A stretch of DNA of 64,000 nucleotides from the NCBI RefSeq assembly GCF_009914755.1, contig NC_060939.1; one strand, 5' to 3'. Each line of letters opens with the position of its first letter. Positions within the stretch are counted from its first letter, which is position 1. This DNA comes from the human T2T-CHM13v2.0 reference genome, Homo sapiens. The position numbers were made by a program, and so were the translations under genes. Below are positions 56,710 to 64,000 of the stretch, piece by piece. The notes under the pieces are model-generated. The model searched no databases and had not been told where the DNA came from. It worked only from the letters and a program-made list of their open reading frames with translations.

Positions 56710-59700
56710 TCCATTCTATTCCTTTCGATTCCATTCCATTCTATTTCATTCCATTCGATTCCCTTCCATTGGACTCCTTTCCATTCGAGTGCATTCCATT
56801 CCGTTCCATTTCTTTCCGTTCTGTACGATTCCTACCGTTCGATTTCATTTTGTTCCAGTCCATTCCTTTCGCGTCCATTCCATTCCATTTCACTCCATTC
56901 GATTCCATTCCACTCGATTCCACTTCGTTCCATTTCATTGCATTCCATTCTATTCAACTCTATTGCCTTCCATTCCATTCCATTCGATTACATTCCATGC
57001 GATTCCATTCGAAATCGAATCAATTACATTGCAATCCATTACTATTGAGTCCGTTTTATTCCAGTCCACTGCATTCTGGTCCATTCCATTTGATTCCATT
57101 CCATTCTATTCCATTCCATACAGTTGCATTCCATTGGATTCCATTCTATATCTATAAATTCAATTCGAGACCATTGCTTTTGAGTCCATTCTATATGATT
57201 CCATTCCATTCAAGTCCATTACATTTGGTTCAATTCCATTCCATTCCATTCCCTTCCATTCCATTCCAGTTGATATCAATCCATTCGATTCCATTCCATT
57301 CGAGCACATTCCATTCGAGTCCATTCCATTCGATGCCATTCCATTTGATTCTATTCCATTAGTCTCCATTCAATTCCATTAATCTCCATTCCATTCCACT
57401 CTACTCCAACTGATTCCATTCCATTCTATTCCTTTCCATTCCATTTCATTCCATTCCATTCCATTTCATTCCATTCCATTCCATTCGTGTCCATTCCACT
57501 CCAGTCCATTCCACTCGTGTCCATTCCATTCCAGTCCATTCCATTTGTGTCCACTGCATTCCATTCCACTCCATTCCATATTATTCCATTACAATCCATT
57601 CCATTCTATTACTTTCATTTCCATTCAATTCCATTCCATTTGATTCCATTCCACTCGGTTTCATTCCATTTGAGTCCACTCCATTCCATTCCATTCCATT
57701 CCATTCAGTTCCATTCCATTCTGTTCCATTCCATTCCGTTCCATTGCATTCCATTCCATTCGGTACCATTCCATATTGTTCCATTCGATTCCATTCGAAT
57801 CCATTCCATTCCAGTCCATTCCATTCGATTCCATTCCATTCATTTCAATTCCATTCCATTCCATTCCATTACATTCCACTTGATTCCTCTCCATTCCCTT
57901 CCAATGCATTCCGTTCGATTCCATTCCATTGCATTGCATTCCATTCCATTGGATTGCATTCCATTCGATTCCATTCCATTCGAATCAATTACATAGCAAT
58001 CCATTACATTCGAGTCTATTCTATTCCGTTCCATTCGATTTCGTTCCAATCCATTCGATTCCATTCCATTCGATTCCATTCCATACTATTGCATTCCATT
58101 CGATTACATTATATTCGAATAAGTTCCATTCAAGACCATTTCTTTTGAGTCCATTCTATTTGAGTCCATTCCCTTTGATTCCATAACATTTGAGTCCATT
58201 CAATTCCATTCCTTTCGTTTCCATTCCATTTGATGCCATTCCATTCAATTCTGTTCTACTCGACTCCAATACATTCAATCCCATTCCATCCGATTCCATT
58301 ACATTCTTTTCATTTCTTATCCATTTCAAGCCATTCCACTCCATTCCATTCCACTCGTTTCCTTTCCATTCGAGTCCATTCCTCTCCAGTCCATTCCGTT
58401 CAATCCATTCCATTCCAGTCCATTCCATTCGAGTCCGTTCCATTCCAGTCCATTCCATTCGAGGCAATTCCATTCCATTCGATGTCTTTCCATAACGATC
58501 CATTCCATTCTATTCCTTTCGAATCCATTCCATTCTATTTCATTCCATTCGATTCCCTTCCATTGGACTCCTTTCCATTCGAGTGCATTCCATTCCGTTC
58601 CATTTCTTTCCGTTCTGTACGATTCCTACCGTTCGATTTCATTTTGTTCCAGTCCATTCCTTTCGCGTCCATTCCATTCCATTTCACTCCATTCGATTCC
58701 ATTCCACTCGATTCCACTTCGTTCCATTTCATTGCATTCCATTCTATTCAACTCTATTGCCTTCCATTCCATTCCATTCGATTACATTCCATGCGATTCC
58801 ATTCGAAATCGAATCAATTACATTGCAATCCATTACTATTGAGTCCATTTTATTCCAGTCCACTGCATTCTGGTCCATTCCATTTGATTCCATTCCATTC
58901 TATTCCATTCCATACAGTTGCATTCCATTGCATTCCATTCTATATCTATAAATTCAATTGGAGACCATTGCTTTTGAGTCCATTCTATATGATTCCATTC
59001 CATTCAAGTCCATTACATTTGGTTCAATTCCATTCCATTCCATTCCCTTCCATTCCATTCCAGTTGATATCAATCCATTCGATTCCATTCCATTCGAGCA
59101 CATTCCATTCGAGTCCATTCCATTCGATGCCATTCCATTTGATTCTATTCCATTAGTCTCCATTCAATTCCATTAATCTCCATTCCATTCCATTCTACTC
59201 CAACTGATTCCATTCCATTCTATTCATTTCCATTCCATTTCATTCCATTCCATTCCATTTCATTCCATTCCATTCCATTCGCTTCCATTCCATTCGTGTC
59301 CATTCCACTCCAGTCCATTCCATTCGTGTCCATTCCATTCCAGTCCATTCCATTTGTGTCCACTGCATTCCATTCCACTCCATTCCATATTATTCCATTA
59401 CTCTCCATTCCATTCTATTACTTTCATTTCCATTCAATTCCATTCAATTTGATTCCATTCCACTCGGTTTCATTCCATTTGAGTCCACTCCATTCCATTC
59501 CATTCCATTCCATTCCATTCAGTTCCATTCCATTCTGTTCCATTCCATATTGTTCCATTCGATTCCATTCGAATCCATTCCATTCCAGTCCATTCCATTC
59601 GGTTCCATTCCATTCCTTTCAATTCCATTCCATTCCTTTCCATTCCACTTGATTCCACTCCATTCGCTTCCACTGCTTTCCATTCGATTCCATTCCATTG

Positions 59701-62700
59701 CATTGCATTCCATTCCATTGGACTGCATTCCATTCGATTCCATTCCATTCGAATCAATTACATAGCAATCCATTACATTCGAGTCTATTCTATTCCGTTC
59801 CATTCGATTTCGTTCCAATCCATTCGATTCCATTCCATTCGATTCCATTCCATACTATTGCATTCCATTCGATTACATTATATTCTAATAAGTTCCATTC
59901 AAGACCATTTCTTTTGAGTCCATTCTATTTGAGTCCATTCCCTTTGATTCCATAACATTTGAGTCCATTCAATTCCATTCCTTTCGTTTCCATTCCATTT
60001 GATTCCATTCCATTCAATTCTGTTCTACTCGACTCCAATACATTCAATTCCATTCCATCCGATTCCATTACATTCTTTTCATTTCTTATCCATTTCAAGC
60101 CCTTCCACTCCATTCCATTCCACTCGTTTCCTTTCCATTCGAGTCCATTCCTCTCCAGTCCATTCCGTTCAATCCATTCCATTCCAGTCCATTCCATTCG
60201 AGTCCATTCCATTCCAGTCCATTCCATTCGAGTCAATTCCATCCCATTCGATGTCTTTCCATAACGATCCATTCCATTCTATTCCTTTCGATTCCATTCC
60301 ATTCTATTTCATTCCATTCGATTCCCTTCCATTGGACTCCTTTCCATTCGAGTGCATTCCATTCCGTTCCATTTCTTTCCGTTCTGTACGATTCCTACCG
60401 TTCGATTTCATTTTGTTCCAGTCCATTCCTTTCGCGTCCATTCCATTCCATTTCACTCCATTCGATTCCATTCCACTCGATTCCACTTCGTTCCATTTCA
60501 TTGCATTCCATTCTATTCAACTCTATTGCCTTCCATTCCATTCCATTCGATTACATTCCATGCGATTCCATTCGAAATCGAATCAATTACATTGCAATCC
60601 ATTACTATTGAGTCCGTTTTATTCCAGTCCACTGCATTCTGGTCCATTCCATTTGATTCCATTCCATTCTATTCCATTCCATACAGTTGCATTCCATTGG
60701 ATTCCATTCTATATCTATAAATTCAATTCGAGACCATTGCTTTTGAGTCCATTCTATATGATTCCATTCCATTCAAGTCCATTACATTTGGTTCAATTCC
60801 ATTCCATTCCATTCCCTTCCATTCCATTCCAGTTGATATCAATCCATTCGATTCCATTCCATTCGAGCACATTCCATTCGAGTCCATTCCATTCGATGCC
60901 ATTCCATTTGATTCTATTCCATTAGTCTCCATTCAATTCCATTAATCTCCATTCCATTCCATTCTACTCCAACTGATTCCATTCCATTCTATTCCTTTCC
61001 ATTCCATTTAATTCCATTCCATTCCATTTCATTCCATTCCACTCCATTCGCTTCCATTCCATTCGTGTCCATTCCACTCCAGTCCATTCCATTCGTGTCC
61101 ATTCCATTCCAGTCCATTCCATTTGTGTCCACTGCATTCCATTCCACTCCATTCCATATTATTCCATTACACTCCATTCCATTCTATTACTTTCATTTCC
61201 ATTCAATTCCATTCCATTTGATTCCATTCCACTCGGTTTCATTCCATTTGAGTCCACTCCATTCCATTCCATTCCATTCCATTCAGTTCCATTCCATTCT
61301 GTTCCATTCCATATTGTTCCATTCGATTCCATTCGAATCCATTCCATTCCAGTCCATTCCATTCTGTTCCATTCCATTCCTTTCAATTCCATTCCATTCC
61401 TTTCCATTCCACTTGATTCCACTCCATTCGCTTCCACTGCTTTCCATTCGATTCCATTCCATTGCATTGCATTCCATTCCATTGGACTGCATTCCATTCG
61501 ATTCCATTCCATTCGAATCAATTACATAGCAATCCATTACATTCGAGTCTATTCTATTCCGTTCCATTCGATTTCGTTCCAATCCATTCGATTCCATTCC
61601 ATTCGATTCCATTCCATACTATTGCATTCCATTCGATTACATTATATTCGAATAAGTTCCATTCAAGACCATTTCTTTTGAGTCCATTCTATTTGAGTCC
61701 ATTCCCTTTGATTCCATAACATTTGAGTCCATTCAATTCCATTCCTTTCGTTTCCATTCCATTTGATGCCATTCCATTCAATTCTGTTCTACTCGACTCC
61801 AATACATTCAATTCCATTCCATCCGATTCCATTACATTCTTTTCATTTCTTATCCATTTCAAGCCCTTCCACTCCATTCCATTCCACTCGTTTCCTTTCC
61901 ATTCGAGTCCATTCCTCTCCAGTCCATTCCGTTCAATCCATTCCATTCCAGTCCATTCCATTCGAGTCCATTCCATTCCAGTCCATTCCATTCGAGTCAA
62001 TTCCATTCCATTCGATGTCTTTCCATAACGATCCATTCCATTCTATTCCTTTCGATTCCATTCCATTCTATTTCATTCCATTCGATTCCTTTTCATTGGA
62101 CTCCTTTCCATTCGAGTGCATTCCATTCCGTTCCATTTCTTTCCGTTCTGTACGATTCCTACCGTTCGATTTCATTTTGTTCCAGTCCATTCCTTTCGCG
62201 TCCATTCCATTCCATTTCACTCCATTCGATTCCATTCCACTCGATTCCACTTCGTTCCATTTCATTGCCTTCCATTCTGTTCAACTCTATTGCCTTCCAT
62301 TCCATTCCATTCGATTACATTCCATGCGATTCCATTCGAAATCGAATCAATTACATTGCAATCCATTACTATAGAGTCCGTTTTATTCCACTCCACTGCA
62401 TTCTGGTCCATTCCATTTGATTCCATTCCATTCTATTCCATTCCATACAGTTGCATTCCATTGGATTCCATTCTATATCTATAAATTCAATTCGAGACCA
62501 TTGCTTTTGGGTCCATTCTATATGATTCCATTCCATTCAAGTCCATTACATTTGGTTCAATTCCATTCCATTCCATTCCATTCCATTCCATTCCAGTTTA
62601 TATCAATCCATTCGATTCCATTCCATTCCAGCAAATTCCATTCGAGTCCATTCCATTCGATGCCATTCCATTTGGTTCTATTCCATTAGTCTCCATTCAA

Positions 62701-63825
62701 TTCCATTAATCTCCATTCCATTCCATTCTACTCCAACTGATTCCATTCCATTCTATTCCTTTCCATTCCATTTCATTCCATTCCATTCCATTTCATTCCA
62801 TTCCATTCCATTCCATTCCATTCGCTTCCATTCCATTCGTGTCCATTCCATTCCAGTCCATTCCATTTGTGTCCAGTGCATTCCATTCCACTCCATTATA
62901 TATTATTCCGTTACACTCCATTCCATTCTATTACTTTCATTTCCATTCAATTCCATTCCATTTGATTCCATTCCACTCGGTTTCATTCCATTTGAGTCCA
63001 CTCCATTCCATTCCATTCCATTCCATTCAGTTCCATTCCATTCTGTTCCATTCCATTCCGTTCCATTACATTCCATTCCATTCGGTACCATTCCATATTG
63101 TTCCATTCGATTCCATTCGAATCCATTCCATTCCAGTCCATTCCATTCGATTCCATTCCATTCATTTCAATTCCATTCCATTCCATTCCATTACATTCCA
63201 CTTGATTCCTCTCCATTCCCTTCCACTGCATTCCGTTCGATTCCATTCCATTGCATTGCATTCCATTCCATTGGATTGCATTCCATTCGATTCCATTCCA
63301 TTCGAATCAATTACATAGCAATCCATTACATTCGAGTCTATTCTATTCCGTTCCATTCGATTTCGTTCCAATCCATTCGATTCCATTCCATTCGATTCCA
63401 TTCCATACTATTGCATTCCATTCGATTACATCATATTCGAATAAGTTCCATTCAAGACCATTTCTTTTCAGTCCATTCTATTTGAGTCCATTCCCTTTGA
63501 TTCCATAACATTTGAGTCCATTCAATTCCATTCCTTTCGTTTCCATTCCATTTGATGCCATTCCATTCAATTCTGTTCTACTCGACTCCAATACATTCAA
63601 TTCCATTCCATCCGATTCCATTACATTCTTTTCATTTCTTATCCATTTCAAGCCATTCCACTCCATTCCATTCCACTCGTTTCCTTTCCATTCGAGTCCA
63701 TTCCTTTCCAGTCCATTCCGTTCAATCCATTCCATTCCAGTCCATTCCATTCGAGTCCGTTCCATTCCAGTCCATTCCATTCGAGTCAATTCCATTCCAT
63801 TCGATGTCTTTCCATAACGATCCAT
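56710..63825 (+). repeat. 7,116-bp tetrameric higher-order repeat, copy 2 (a third copy starts at the window end)
   Basis: Same unit lengths in the same order, with near-identical ORF-track translations at +7,116 (e.g. 52883/59999, 54647/61763). Confidence 0.93.
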
Positions 63826-64000
63826 TCCATTCTATTCCTTTCGATTCCATTCCATTCTATTTCATTCCATTCGATTCCCTTCCATTGGACTCCTTTCCAT
63901 TCGAGTGCATTCCATTCCGTTCCATTTCTTTCCGTTCTGTACGATTCCTACCGTTCGATTTCATTTTGTTCCAGTCCATTCCTTTCGCGTCCATTCCATT

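Larger units (their letters stand above)
1..64000 (+). repeat. Classical satellite III (HSat3) array, degenerate (CATTC)n on + strand / (GAATG)n on - strand
   Basis: CATTC pentamers and variants (CATTC-GATTC, CATTC-GAGTC, CAGTC, TATTC, CATTG) throughout, with long perfect CATTC runs. It lacks the CATTCGATGATG/GATGATTC-dominated pattern typical of HSat2. The + strand is C/T-rich and G-poor end to end, and I saw no inversion or non-satellite insertion. Confidence 0.97.
48650..64000 (+). repeat. Domain B: nested tandem repeat of ~1.78 kb units
   Basis: Landmark spacings of 1769, 1794, 1769, 1764, 1789, 1794, 1769, 1764 and 1789 bp. A-specific motifs (GATAACACCCC, GCCAAACC, GGCGCA, TTTAAAG) are absent. 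Confidence 0.95.

Noticed and set aside
16-63825. Hundreds of ORFs up to 333 aa (HSIPF-rich on +, MEWNG-rich on -)
   Set aside because: These are direct translations of (CATTC)n and (GAATG)n, which have no stop codons in any frame. They overlap in all frames, recur with the repeat period and show no protein domain.
1-64000. CRISPR-like repeat/spacer organisation
   Set aside because: No constant 25-45 bp repeat with unique spacers and no cas genes. The intervening sequence is itself repeated satellite.
1-64000. HSat2 / HSATII assignment
   Set aside because: The pentamer phase is kept over hundreds of bases, and the GATGAT-containing 23/26-bp pattern of HSat2 is not seen.
1-64000. Transposon insertion, inversion or telomeric/alpha-satellite sequence
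   Set aside because: None seen. Strand polarity and pentamer composition are continuous throughout.

Overview
The whole 64 kb window is one uninterrupted, single-orientation array of degenerate (CATTC)n/(GAATG)n pentamer satellite, i.e. human/great-ape classical satellite III (HSat3). I see no genes, RNA genes, transposons or CRISPR arrays. All listed ORFs (HSIPF/MEWNG-type) are translation artefacts of a 5-bp repeat. The information is in the nested repeat architecture, which I read using the once-per-unit landmark CATAACGATCCAT (ends at 670, 2585, 6061, 9547, 13013, 16518, 19984, 21899, 25375, 28861, 32327, 35832, 37306, 40852, 44338, 47824, 49593, 51387, 53156, 54920, 56709, 58503, 60272, 62036, 63825). 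Domain A (1 to ~48.65 kb) is built from ~3.48 kb units and includes a 19,314-bp tandem super-repeat and internally deleted units of 1,915 and 1,474 bp. Domain B (~48.65 kb to the end) is built from ~1.78 kb units arranged as a 7,116-bp tetramer. The B unit equals the A unit minus ~1.7 kb, both appear to derive from an older ~0.9 kb subunit, and the domains join in homologous register. A B-like island lies inside domain A at ~37.3-38.15 kb. The 1.8-kb period with a KpnI site suggests the chromosome 15p D15Z1-type satellite III, but this is an inference that needs alignment. I found no evidence of a new protein-coding system.
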